DNA of 64,000 bases from Candidatus Methylomirabilia bacterium (GTDB lineage: Bacteria > Methylomirabilota > Methylomirabilia > Rokubacteriales > CSP1-6): assembly GCA_041497895.1 (NCBI GenBank), contig JBGQHJ010000001.1, forward strand, positions 64,001-128,000, written 5' to 3'. Position numbers and translations under genes: made by a program. Every line of letters begins with the position of its first letter. Within the stretch, counting starts at the first letter, position 1. Shown here piece after piece: positions 1 through 8,686 of the stretch. Under the pieces are notes generated by a model. The model was given only the letters and a program-made list of their open reading frames with translations. It ran no database searches and was not told the DNA's origin.

Positions 1-2
1 CC

Positions 3-632
3 AAGCGCTTCCTGTTCCCGCCCGAGCACCTCGAGGTGCCGGTGGGCCGGCTCTCGGGCGGCGAGCTGGCGCGCATCCACATCGCCCGCCTCATGCGCGA
101 GCCCGCCGACCTGCTGATCCTCGACGAGCCGACGAACGATCTCGACATCCCGACGCTGGACGTGCTCGAGGAGAGCCTGGCCGCGTTCGAGGGGGGGCTC
201 GTGCTGGTCACCCACGACCGGTTCATGCTCGACCGGATCGCGACCGTCATCGTGGCGCTGGACGGCCAGGGCGGCGTGGAGACCTTCGCGGACTATGCGC
301 AGTGGGAGGCGGCGCGGCGGGAGCGAGTACTCGACACCCACCCCCTCACCGCCGGGCCCCTCACCCTGCCCTCTCCCCGGAGGGGAGAGGGAGAGAAGAA
401 GGGAAAGAGGCTCGGGTACCTGGAGCAGCGGGAGTGGGACGGGATGGAGGCGACCATCGTCGAGGCCGAGACCGCGCTCGAGGCGTGCCGTCGGGCCGCG
501 GAGGATCCCGCGATCGCCTCGGACCCCGCAGCGCTCCAGGCCCGCTACGCGGACCTCGAGACGGCGCGGGCCGAGGTCGACCGGCTCTACGCCCGATGGG
601 CGGAGCTCGAAGGCAAGGGAGAGACAAGATGA
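3..632 (+). CDS. ABC-F family ATPase (Uup-like), C-terminal part; 5'-truncated by window edge
   Basis: LSGGE signature, LLILDEPTNDLD Walker B, LVTHDR H-loop, C-terminal coiled coil; frame open from base 3. Confidence 0.9.
   Translation, partial: KRFLFPPEHLEVPVGRLSGGELARIHIARLMREPADLLILDEPTNDLDIPTLDVLEESLAAFEGGLVLVTHDRFMLDRIATVIVALDGQGGVETFADYAQWEAARRERVLDTHPLTAGPLTLPSPRRGEGEKKGKRLGYLEQREWDGMEATIVEAETALEACRRAAEDPAIASDPAALQARYADLETARAEVDRLYARWAELEGKGETR
357..392 (+). repeat. REP-like palindromic repeat copy 1 (inside ABC-F CDS)
   Basis: cccctcaccctgCCCTCTCCCCggaGGGGAGAGGGa; matches the reverse complement of 45445-45480 except the 3-nt loop. Confidence 0.85.
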
Positions 633-928
633 GCGAGACGCAGGCGGTGGCCACCGTGAAGATCGACAACGCGCAGGTCCGGGTCACCGAGTGGCGCTTC
701 GCGCCGGGGGCGCACACCGGCCATCACCGGCACGAGTACGCCTACGTGGTGGTGCCGCTCGTGACCGGATCGCTCGCCGCGACCGGCGTCGCCGGCGAGA
801 CCACCAGCGCGCTGCGGGTCGGCGAGCCCTACTATCGCGACGCGGGCGTCGAGCACGACGTGCGCAACTCGAATCCCTTCGAGTTCGCCTTCATCGAGAT
901 CGAGCTGAAGCGTGCGCCGGGCGCCTGA
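629..928 (+). CDS. Small cupin-domain protein
   Basis: ATG overlapping upstream TGA; HxH motif (GHHRHEY) and GVEHDVRN. Confidence 0.85.
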   Translation: MSETQAVATVKIDNAQVRVTEWRFAPGAHTGHHRHEYAYVVVPLVTGSLAATGVAGETTSALRVGEPYYRDAGVEHDVRNSNPFEFAFIEIELKRAPGA

Positions 929-1061
929 ACTCCGCAGCGGGGGAATCGCCCGGCGTGCTATCGTAGTGTCCGCCTTCCATTGGGCCCCTCAGGGTGGCGC
1001 TGCGGGCGCCGAGGCCCACCGGCATCTGGCGCGCTGTGCTCCCACCTCCCGAAGGAGCACC

Positions 1062-1202
1062 ATGAAGAAGACCCCTGGAGTTTTCGCCCTCCTCGCCGCC
1101 GCGGTGGTCGGCTTTGGCCATCACGTCGCGAGCCTCTGTGCCAGCGCGCAGGAACGGCTCGTCGGTCGGCAGGGGGGAAACCGGCGTCCACCGGGCCGGT
1201 GA
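1062..1202 (+). CDS. Small hypothetical peptide (46 aa) with hydrophobic N-terminus
   Basis: AAGGAG RBS before ATG; MKKTPGVFALLAAAVVGFG. Confidence 0.5.
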   Translation: MKKTPGVFALLAAAVVGFGHHVASLCASAQERLVGRQGGNRRPPGR

Positions 1203-1215
1203 GCGAGCAGACGCC

Positions 1216-1497
1216 ATGCAGCGAGACGCCGCCGTCTATACCGTGGGTGATTTCATCCGGCGCGTGGTCGAGAGTCTCTTCCGGGCGGACTTCCGGGGCC
1301 GGCTGCTCTGCTCGCGCTGTCTCATCAAGCTGACGAAGGACAACCTGGACAAGAGCTACGCGAAGCGCGACGTCATCCAGGTGATCGACGAGCTGTTCAC
1401 CGCCCCGGGTACGGTCATGCAGGTGGCGACCGCGCCGTGCGGGCTCTGCGCCAGGAAGAAGGTCGCCTGCCTCGGGATGCCGGCCGAGGGCCGGTGA
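1216..1497 (+). CDS. Small putative zinc-binding protein (CxxC...CxxC)
   Basis: LLCSRCL...PCGLCARKKVACLG; GC3-biased codons. Confidence 0.7.
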   Translation: MQRDAAVYTVGDFIRRVVESLFRADFRGRLLCSRCLIKLTKDNLDKSYAKRDVIQVIDELFTAPGTVMQVATAPCGLCARKKVACLGMPAEGR

Positions 1498-1736
1498 TGT
1501 GCGTCTACTGCGTGGAGGACGCGGGCTGCGAGCACGAGCGTGACGCGTGCGCGGCGAGCGGCGGCCAGCCCTGCGCCCAGTGCGGTCACACCTCCGCGGC
1601 CCGACCCTGGCGCCCACCCGCGTTCCCCGGCCCGGGACCGCGCTGGAGCCGCCCCAAGCCGCGCCCGGCCAAGAAGCCGGTGACGGGCCGGAAGCCCGGG
1701 ACGGCTACTCGCGATCGGCGATCATCCGCTCCCTGA
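1497..1736 (+). CDS. Small Cys-rich hypothetical protein
   Basis: TGATG coupling to upstream ORF; CVYC...C...C...CAQC followed by a Pro/Lys tail. Confidence 0.5.
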   Translation: MCVYCVEDAGCEHERDACAASGGQPCAQCGHTSAARPWRPPAFPGPGPRWSRPKPRPAKKPVTGRKPGTATRDRRSSAP

Positions 1737-1926
1737 TCTCGTTGGTGAACAGCGCGAGGGTCAGCGGGCAGGGCGGCTCGTTGGCGTCGAGGTACTGACA
1801 GTCCTTCTCGCTGCACCGCACGAAGAGCTTGCCCCGGCCCGTGATCGCGTTGCGTCGCCGCAGGGTGATCGCCACGTTTTCGGAGACCACCTCGCAGCGG
1901 AACGACTTCGAGGGCATCCGGCTCAC
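1705..1926 (-). CDS. Small Cys-containing hypothetical protein
   Basis: AGGAG RBS 5 nt before GTG; FRC...RCSEKDCQY...PPCPL. Confidence 0.7.
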   Translation of the reverse strand: MSRMPSKSFRCEVVSENVAITLRRRNAITGRGKLFVRCSEKDCQYLDANEPPCPLTLALFTNEIRERMIADRE

Positions 1927-2022
1927 GCGGTCTCCTTTGCGACGACATGAGCTTCCCGCGCGATCCGGTGAGAGTGACAGGGGCGCGACGGCCTGCCAGT
2001 ATCTTCCGCGAAGACGGCCCGA

Positions 2023-2943
2023 TTATACCTGACCGGGCTCGGGCGTCGGCGGGCGATTTCCGGGCGCGGGCGTGACGAGCGAGCGGAGCACCGCGATGAT
2101 CGCGGAGTTGTCCCGCTCGCCCCATCCGCCCGCCACTCCGGCGGTCAGGAGCTGCCGGTGCAGCGCGGTCGCCAGCAGCGGCGCGCCCGCCGCGTGCCCC
2201 ACCTCGAGCATCAGCTCGACGTCCTTGAGATGCTGGGCGAGCTTGCCCTCCGGCTCGAAGCGCTCCCCGAGCATGCGCTCGCCCTTGACGTCCATCGCGC
2301 GCGAGTAGGCCGCGCTGTCCTTCAGCACCGCGAGCAGGTCGGGGCCGTCGAGGCCCTGGCGCAGCCCGAACAGCAGTCCCTCGGCGAGCGCGAGCCGGTT
2401 CAGCCCGAGCACCAGGTTGACCACCAGCTTGGCGCGCGCCCCCGCGCCGTTCGGGCCCACGTGATGCGCGCGCCGCGCGATGGCGTCCAGCACCGGCCGG
2501 CAGCGCTCGAAGATCCCGCGGTCCCCGCCCACCACCACCGGCGCCTCGCGCCGGCGCGCCTGCCCGCTCGACCCGGCCACCGGCGCGTCCAGCATCGCGA
2601 TGCCCCGGCGCGCGAGGTCGGCGGCGAGCGCGGCGGAGGCGTCCGGGTGGATCGTGCTGCAGTCGACGACGACCAGGCCGGGGCCGGCTGCGTCGAGCGC
2701 GCCGTCATGCCCCAGCAGGACCTCGCGCACGATGTCGGCGGTCATCAGGCAGGTCAGCACGGTGTCCGCGCCGCGGGCCGCGTCGGCGGGCGAGTCGGCG
2801 GGAACGCCGCCGCGGGCGGCGTGCTCGCGCACGCGCTCGGGGGCCAGGTCGTAGCCGCGCACCGTGAAGCCGGCCCGGATCAGGTTCTCGGCCAGGGCCG
2901 AGCCCAGCAGACCCATGCCGATGCAGGCGACGATCGCGCCCAT
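2023..2943 (-). CDS. NAD(P)-dependent beta-hydroxyacid dehydrogenase (3-hydroxyisobutyrate/6PGDH family)
   Basis: IGMGLLG Rossmann motif, LDAPVAG, KLVVN. Confidence 0.9.
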   Translation of the reverse strand: MGAIVACIGMGLLGSALAENLIRAGFTVRGYDLAPERVREHAARGGVPADSPADAARGADTVLTCLMTADIVREVLLGHDGALDAAGPGLVVVDCSTIHPDASAALAADLARRGIAMLDAPVAGSSGQARRREAPVVVGGDRGIFERCRPVLDAIARRAHHVGPNGAGARAKLVVNLVLGLNRLALAEGLLFGLRQGLDGPDLLAVLKDSAAYSRAMDVKGERMLGERFEPEGKLAQHLKDVELMLEVGHAAGAPLLATALHRQLLTAGVAGGWGERDNSAIIAVLRSLVTPAPGNRPPTPEPGQV

Positions 2944-2975
2944 GCGTGTCTTCCGCGGCGCCGCGCGGCCGGGAG

Positions 2976-3731
2976 CTAGCCGGCGGCCGACAGCGGACGG
3001 GCCGGGGCGAGGCTCTCCAGCAGGCGCCCGAATCCGGTGATCGGCCGGGTGATACCGAGGGCCCGCAGCGCGGTCCAGATGGTGGACTGGTTCGAGCTCA
3101 CGACCGGCCGCCCGGTGCGCTGCTCGATGGCGCTCGCGGCCTCGACCGAGCGCCACGCGGTGCACGAGCAGAGCAGCGCGTCGGCCTCGGGCCGGCACGC
3201 GCGCGAGGCGAACTCCACCACCGACTCCGGGTCCTGGTCGTTGATGCCCTGGTTCCCGGACGCGGCGGCGCGCGGCTCGCCGTCGACGTTCAGCACCTCG
3301 AAGCCCTGGGCCTCGAGGTAGCCGCGGAGCCGCCGGTTGTTCCACTCCGGGTAGGGCGTGGCCACCGAGATGCGCCGGGCCCCGAACGAGCGCAGCGCCT
3401 CGACCACCGAGGGGCTCGTGGCCACCGCGGGGACGCCGGCCTCGCGCCGGATCACGTCGAGCATCTGGTGGTCCCACCCCGGGCCCTTGAAGAAGCTGCC
3501 GGTGGTGCAGCCGTACACCACCACGTCGACGCGCGCGGTCGCGAGGTACCGGGCGCCGCTCTCGATCTCCGTGTTCATGCGCTCGAAGGCCTGATCGCCG
3601 GTGCCCTCGTTGGTCATCCACAGCCGCTGGCCGTGGATGGTGACGCCGGGCGGGGCCACGAGCTGGAAATCCGCCTCGCAGGTGGTGTTCGTCGACGGCA
3701 CCATCACGCCGATCCGTTTGCGCAGGCTCAT
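2976..3731 (-). CDS. Maleate isomerase / Asp-Glu racemase family protein
   Basis: GVMVPSTN, YGCTTGS, ATPY, SCTAW, SSNQ motifs. Confidence 0.9.
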   Translation of the reverse strand: MSLRKRIGVMVPSTNTTCEADFQLVAPPGVTIHGQRLWMTNEGTGDQAFERMNTEIESGARYLATARVDVVVYGCTTGSFFKGPGWDHQMLDVIRREAGVPAVATSPSVVEALRSFGARRISVATPYPEWNNRRLRGYLEAQGFEVLNVDGEPRAAASGNQGINDQDPESVVEFASRACRPEADALLCSCTAWRSVEAASAIEQRTGRPVVSSNQSTIWTALRALGITRPITGFGRLLESLAPARPLSAAG

Positions 3732-3835
3732 GGGCGGGCTCCTCGCCGGCTATGATACGGCATCGCGGGGCGGCCCGACATTGACACGATATGGCGGGCG
3801 GCGTAGGGTGCTTCTCGCCTGAACAGGGCTCGAAC

Positions 3836-4996
3836 ATGCGCATCGTCGACGTCCGGGAGCGGTCGGTGGCGATCTCGCGATATCGCGACACGACGATTCC
3901 GTCCGGCGGCCTCACCACGTCGATCGTGGCGGTGGTGACCGACGTGGTGCGGGACGGCCGGCCGGTGGTGGGCTGGGGCTTCGGGTCGGTCGGGCGCTTC
4001 GCCCAGGGCGGGCTCATCCGGGAGCGGTTCGCCCCCCGCCTGCTGGCCGCCGCCGACCTCGCGACGCCGGACGGGGCCGGCCTCGACCCGATGCGGGCCT
4101 GGCGCGCCATGATGGAGGGCGAGAAGCCGGGCGGCCACGGCGAGCGGTGCGTGGCGGTCGGCACGCTCGACATGGCGGTGTGGGACGCGGCGGCCAAGAT
4201 CGCCGGCGTCCCGCTGCACCGCTTCCTGGCCGACGTGGCCGGCGAGCGCCGGGCGGAGACCGACGACGCGACGGTTTACGCGGGCGGCGGCTACTACTAC
4301 CCGGCCGACGACGCCGCGCGCCTGGCCGACGAGATCCGCTGGTTCCTCGACCACGGCTACACGCACGCCAAGATCAAGATCGGCGGCGCGCCGCTCGAGC
4401 GGGACCTGCGTCGCATCGAGGCGGCGGCCGCGGTGGTGTCTCCCGAGCACCTGGCGGTCGACGCCATGAATGCCTACGACGCGCCCCGCGCGATGGAGGC
4501 GACCCGCGCCCTGGCCCCGCACGGCCTCTGGTGGCTCGAGGACATCTGCGACCCGCTCGACTTCGAGACCCACGCCGCGGCCGCGGCCGCGTACGAGCCC
4601 CCGATCGCGGCGGGCGAGGCCCTGTTCTCGGCCGCCGAGGCCCGACTGCTCGACCGGTACGGCGGGCTCCGCCGCGACCGGGACATCCTGCTGTTCGATC
4701 CGGTCCACTGCTACGGCATCCCGGGCCATCTCGACATCGTGCGGACCCTGGAATCGCGCGGCTGGCCCCGCCGCGCGTTCTGGCCGCACGGCGGCCATCT
4801 GTTCACGCTGCACGTGGCCTGCGCGCTGGGGCTCGGCGGCGCCGAGATGAACCCGCTGGCCTTCCGGCCGTTCGGGGGCCTGACCGACCGGACGGTGCCG
4901 GTGAAGGGACGCGTCGCGCCGCCCGACGTCCCCGGCATCGGCTTCGAGGGGAAGGCCGACCTGGCCCGACTGTTTCGCACCCTGCTGGACGACTGA
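3836..4996 (+). CDS. Mandelate racemase/enolase superfamily protein (tartrate dehydratase-like)
   Basis: KxK (KIKIGG), AVDA, WLED, GE metal ligands; WPHGGH. Confidence 0.85.
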   Translation: MRIVDVRERSVAISRYRDTTIPSGGLTTSIVAVVTDVVRDGRPVVGWGFGSVGRFAQGGLIRERFAPRLLAAADLATPDGAGLDPMRAWRAMMEGEKPGGHGERCVAVGTLDMAVWDAAAKIAGVPLHRFLADVAGERRAETDDATVYAGGGYYYPADDAARLADEIRWFLDHGYTHAKIKIGGAPLERDLRRIEAAAAVVSPEHLAVDAMNAYDAPRAMEATRALAPHGLWWLEDICDPLDFETHAAAAAAYEPPIAAGEALFSAAEARLLDRYGGLRRDRDILLFDPVHCYGIPGHLDIVRTLESRGWPRRAFWPHGGHLFTLHVACALGLGGAEMNPLAFRPFGGLTDRTVPVKGRVAPPDVPGIGFEGKADLARLFRTLLDD

Positions 4997-5006
4997 GGAG
5001 GCCCTC

Positions 5007-5507
5007 ATGGCCCACACGCTCGAGTCTTTCGCCGCCGCCGCCCACGATCTGCTCACCGCCGAGCCCGGACCGACCGGGCGCGAGAAGGTGCGAAGCCTGC
5101 TCGAGGCGGTGCTGCGCGACGACGCCTTCGTCACGCGGCACCTGACCGACGACGTGCCGGAGCGCAAGATCCTCTTCACCGATCCGCAGCTCGGCTTCTG
5201 TATCCTCGCCCACAACTACAAGGGCGCGAAGGAGAGCAACCCGCACGACCACGGGCCGTCGTGGGCCATCTACGGCCAGGCCCGGGGCGAGACCCTGATG
5301 AACGACTGGGCCCTCGTGGAGCCCGCGACCGAGGCGCGGCCCGGGAAGGTCCGCCACGTCCGCAGCTACCCGCTCAAGCCCGGCATGGCCCACGTCTACA
5401 ACGAGGGCGACCTCCACTCCCCGCGGCGCGAGGGCCCGACGCGGCTCATCCGCATCGAGGGCACCAACATGGACAAGGTCAAGCGCCTGGCCTACGAGAG
5501 GGCCTGA
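5007..5507 (+). CDS. Cysteine dioxygenase-like cupin
   Basis: PHDHGPSWAIYG and LHSP motifs; GAGGAGG RBS. Confidence 0.8.
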   Translation: MAHTLESFAAAAHDLLTAEPGPTGREKVRSLLEAVLRDDAFVTRHLTDDVPERKILFTDPQLGFCILAHNYKGAKESNPHDHGPSWAIYGQARGETLMNDWALVEPATEARPGKVRHVRSYPLKPGMAHVYNEGDLHSPRREGPTRLIRIEGTNMDKVKRLAYERA

Positions 5508-6754
5508 TGAAAGACAATCTCCGGTTCGTCGACTCGGACATGCACATCATGGAGCCGCCCGACCTCTTCGAGCGGTACCTCGACCCACGCTTCCGCGACC
5601 GGGTGGTCCTGCCGCTCGGCGCGGACGGGCGGCCCAAGCGCGGCACCATCGTCATCGACGGGCTGCCCACCACCATGGACGCGGAGATGCAGCAGTACCG
5701 CAAGCGCAGCCGCGCGGGCGGGGCCGGCACCCACAGCACCCAGCCGCTGTCGGGATCGCGGCTTCAGTCCACCAACCGGCTCGACTTCGCGATCGAGCGC
5801 AACTACGGTCCGGAAGCGCAGGTGATGGCGATGGCCATCGAGGGCGTCGACATCGCGGTGCTCTACCCGACCACCGGGCTCAGCCTGATCGCGCGCGACA
5901 ACCTGGACCCGCAGCTGTCGCTCGCCCTCTGCCGGGCCTACAACGACTGGATCGCCGAGTTCTGCCGCCACAGCCCGGAGCGTCTCAAGTTCGTGGCGAT
6001 GCTGCCGGTGCACGACGTGCATCTCGCCTGCCGCGAGCTGGTGCGCGGGGTGCGCGAGCTGGGCGCGGTCGGCTCGTTCATCCGGCCCAACCTGGTCAAC
6101 GGGCACTACTGGCACTCCAACTACTGGGACCCGCTCTACAGCCTGCACGAGGAGCTCGACGTCACGTGGGGCTTCCACGAGGGCACCGGGGCCTGGAACT
6201 CGCACATGAACGTGCTCTACGGCGAGAACCGTTTCTACCGCCACGTGGCCAGCCACTGGATCGAGATGCAGCAGGCCCTGATCGCGATGATCGTGGGCGG
6301 GGTCTTCGAGTTCCACCCGAAGCTGCGGGTAGGATTCCTCGAGGCGCAGAACTCGTGGGTGCCCGGGCTGCTCTCGCGCATCGAGTGGGACTACCCGCAG
6401 TACCGCGACTCGCACGCGCCCTACCTCTCCCTCGCCCCGCGCGAGTACTTCCGCCGCAACTGCTGGGCCGCGGTGGAGGGGAGCGAGCCCGAGATCGAGG
6501 CCACCGCGGGCCTGATCGGCGGCGACCGGATGTGCGTCTCCACCGACTACCCGCACTTCGACTCCAACTTCCCGAACGTGTCGGACAACGTGCTCAAGCA
6601 CTGCTCGCGCGAGACCGCGGCCCAGATCCTGATGGGCGGGGCGCACCTGTACGGATTCACCGACGCCGATTTCGAGAAGGCGGACGCGGCGGTGGCCAGG
6701 GCCGCCGCCGCCCCGCCGGGAGGAGCCAAGCGAGGCGTTCCGATCGGCGCGTGA
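5507..6754 (+). CDS. Amidohydrolase_2 family protein
   Basis: DSDMH, AYNDW, FHE, STDYPH; TGATG coupling. Confidence 0.9.
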   Translation: MKDNLRFVDSDMHIMEPPDLFERYLDPRFRDRVVLPLGADGRPKRGTIVIDGLPTTMDAEMQQYRKRSRAGGAGTHSTQPLSGSRLQSTNRLDFAIERNYGPEAQVMAMAIEGVDIAVLYPTTGLSLIARDNLDPQLSLALCRAYNDWIAEFCRHSPERLKFVAMLPVHDVHLACRELVRGVRELGAVGSFIRPNLVNGHYWHSNYWDPLYSLHEELDVTWGFHEGTGAWNSHMNVLYGENRFYRHVASHWIEMQQALIAMIVGGVFEFHPKLRVGFLEAQNSWVPGLLSRIEWDYPQYRDSHAPYLSLAPREYFRRNCWAAVEGSEPEIEATAGLIGGDRMCVSTDYPHFDSNFPNVSDNVLKHCSRETAAQILMGGAHLYGFTDADFEKADAAVARAAAAPPGGAKRGVPIGA

Positions 6755-6800
6755 GGGCCGGCGGCCCGCGGCTCCCCGCGTCCGGGGAAGGAGTGGCCCG

Positions 6801-7709
6801 ATGACCTCGGCGCGCGGAGCGGCGTCCGCGGCCGGCGCTCCCCGCGGTGACGACCCGGTGGCGCGCCGCCGCCGGCGCCGCCAGCTGCGGCTGCGGATGC
6901 TGGGGGTGGTCGCGGCCAGCTACCTGCTCGACGCGCTGGTCCTGCTGGCCTATGCCGCGGCGGGCACGACCTCGCTCCGCGTGCCGGTGGGGTACGCGCT
7001 CGCGGGCGGGCTCGTCTGCGCCGGGTTCCTGGTCGCCTTCACGGCCGGGGTCGCCGAGGACGCTCCCGACCCGTTCCTGACCCTCTGGCAGGCCCTGGCC
7101 TGCGTGACCGTCCAGACCGCCTTGCTGGCCGCGGCCCCCGAGGTCGGCTTCGTGTTCATGACCGTGCTCTTCGTCACGATCGCGTTCGCCGCGCTGCGGC
7201 TCACGATCCGTCTGGTGGCCGTGTGGCTCGGCTTCACGGCCGCCAGCGTCACCATCGTGATCGCGGTGCTGGCGCGGCGGCCGGCCATCCCGGTCTCGAC
7301 GGCGGCCGAGCGGTGGATCACCTGCCTGTGCTTACTGTTCACCCTCGGCCGCTGTGCGGTGAGCGGCCTGCTCGGCAGCTCGTACCGTCAGCTGCTCGGC
7401 CAGCGCACCGAGGCCCTGCATCGGCTCAACGCGGACCTCGAAGGTCTGGTGGCGAGCCGGACGAGCGAGCTGGCCCTCGCCAAGGTGGCGCTCGAGAGCC
7501 TGGTGGCCCAGCAGAGCGCGGAGATCACGACGCTCCACGGCATCCTGCCGATCTGCGCCCACTGCAAGCAGGTGCGCGACGAGGAGGGATCCTGGACGCA
7601 GCTCGAGGCCTACGTGAGCGGCCACGCCGACGTGCAGTTCAGCCACGGGCTGTGCGCGGACTGCCGGCAGAAGCACTACCCGGAGTTCCCGAGATCGGAG
7701 AGGCGATGA
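6801..7709 (+). CDS. Multi-pass membrane protein with coiled coil and C-terminal Cys/His metal-binding motif
   Basis: About 6 hydrophobic segments, then LPICAHCKQVRD...FSHGLCADC. Confidence 0.8.
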   Translation: MTSARGAASAAGAPRGDDPVARRRRRRQLRLRMLGVVAASYLLDALVLLAYAAAGTTSLRVPVGYALAGGLVCAGFLVAFTAGVAEDAPDPFLTLWQALACVTVQTALLAAAPEVGFVFMTVLFVTIAFAALRLTIRLVAVWLGFTAASVTIVIAVLARRPAIPVSTAAERWITCLCLLFTLGRCAVSGLLGSSYRQLLGQRTEALHRLNADLEGLVASRTSELALAKVALESLVAQQSAEITTLHGILPICAHCKQVRDEEGSWTQLEAYVSGHADVQFSHGLCADCRQKHYPEFPRSERR

Positions 7710-8686
7710 GCGAGGTCCGTCATCGTATCGTCGACACGAACGGCATCCGGCTGCACGTGGCCGAGCAGGGCGAGGGCCCGCTGGTCCTGCTCTGCCACGG
7801 CTTCCCGGAGTCCTGGTACTCCTGGCGCCATCAGCTCCGGGCCCTGGCCGAGGCCGGCTTCCACGCGGTGGCGCCCGACATGCGCGGCTACGGGCAGAGC
7901 GAGGCGCCCCCCGAGATCGAGCGCTACACCCTCCTGCACCTGGTGGGCGACATGGTGGGGCTGCTCGACGCGCTCGGCGAGCCGACCGCGGTGATCGCGG
8001 GGCACGACTGGGGCGCGCCGGTGGCCTGGCACTCGGCGCTGCTCCGCCCCGATCGGTTCCGCGCGGTGATCGGGCTGAGCGTGCCGTTCCGGCCGCGTGG
8101 CTCGACCCGGCCCACCGCCGCGATGGCGCGGACCGACGACGCGGTCTTCTACCAGCTCTACTTCCAGGAGCCGGGGGTGGCCGAGGCCGAGCTCGGCCGC
8201 GACGTGCGGTCCACCGTCCGCCGCATCCTCTATTCGGGCGGCGGCGAAGGTCGACGGGCGCGGGTGGGCCTCGGCAACCCGGACGCGGTGGGCATGGTGC
8301 CCCGGAGCGGCGGCTTCCTGAGCCACACCGAGGACCCCGCGGTCCTGCCGCCGTGGCTGACCGAGGCGGACGTCGATTTCTTCGCGGGCGAGTTCTCCCG
8401 GGCGGGCTTCCGCGGAGGCCTCAACTGGTACCGCAACATCGATCGGAGCTGGGAGCTCCTGGCCCCGTTCGCGGGCGCGCGGGTGACCGTGCCCGCGCTC
8501 TACGTGGCGGGAGACCTCGACCTGGTGGTCGCGTTCCGCGGGATGGACCAGCTCATCCCCAATCTCTCGAAGTTCGTGCCCGCCCTCCGCAAGACGATCA
8601 TGCTCCCCGACTGCGGGCACTGGACGCAGCAGGAGCGCCCGCGCGAGGTCAACGCGGTGATGATCGAGTTCCTGCGAAGCCTGTAG
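7706..8686 (+). CDS. Epoxide hydrolase (alpha/beta hydrolase)
   Basis: HGFPE, GHDWG nucleophile, LNWYRN, GHWTQQE. Confidence 0.92.
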   Translation: MSEVRHRIVDTNGIRLHVAEQGEGPLVLLCHGFPESWYSWRHQLRALAEAGFHAVAPDMRGYGQSEAPPEIERYTLLHLVGDMVGLLDALGEPTAVIAGHDWGAPVAWHSALLRPDRFRAVIGLSVPFRPRGSTRPTAAMARTDDAVFYQLYFQEPGVAEAELGRDVRSTVRRILYSGGGEGRRARVGLGNPDAVGMVPRSGGFLSHTEDPAVLPPWLTEADVDFFAGEFSRAGFRGGLNWYRNIDRSWELLAPFAGARVTVPALYVAGDLDLVVAFRGMDQLIPNLSKFVPALRKTIMLPDCGHWTQQERPREVNAVMIEFLRSL

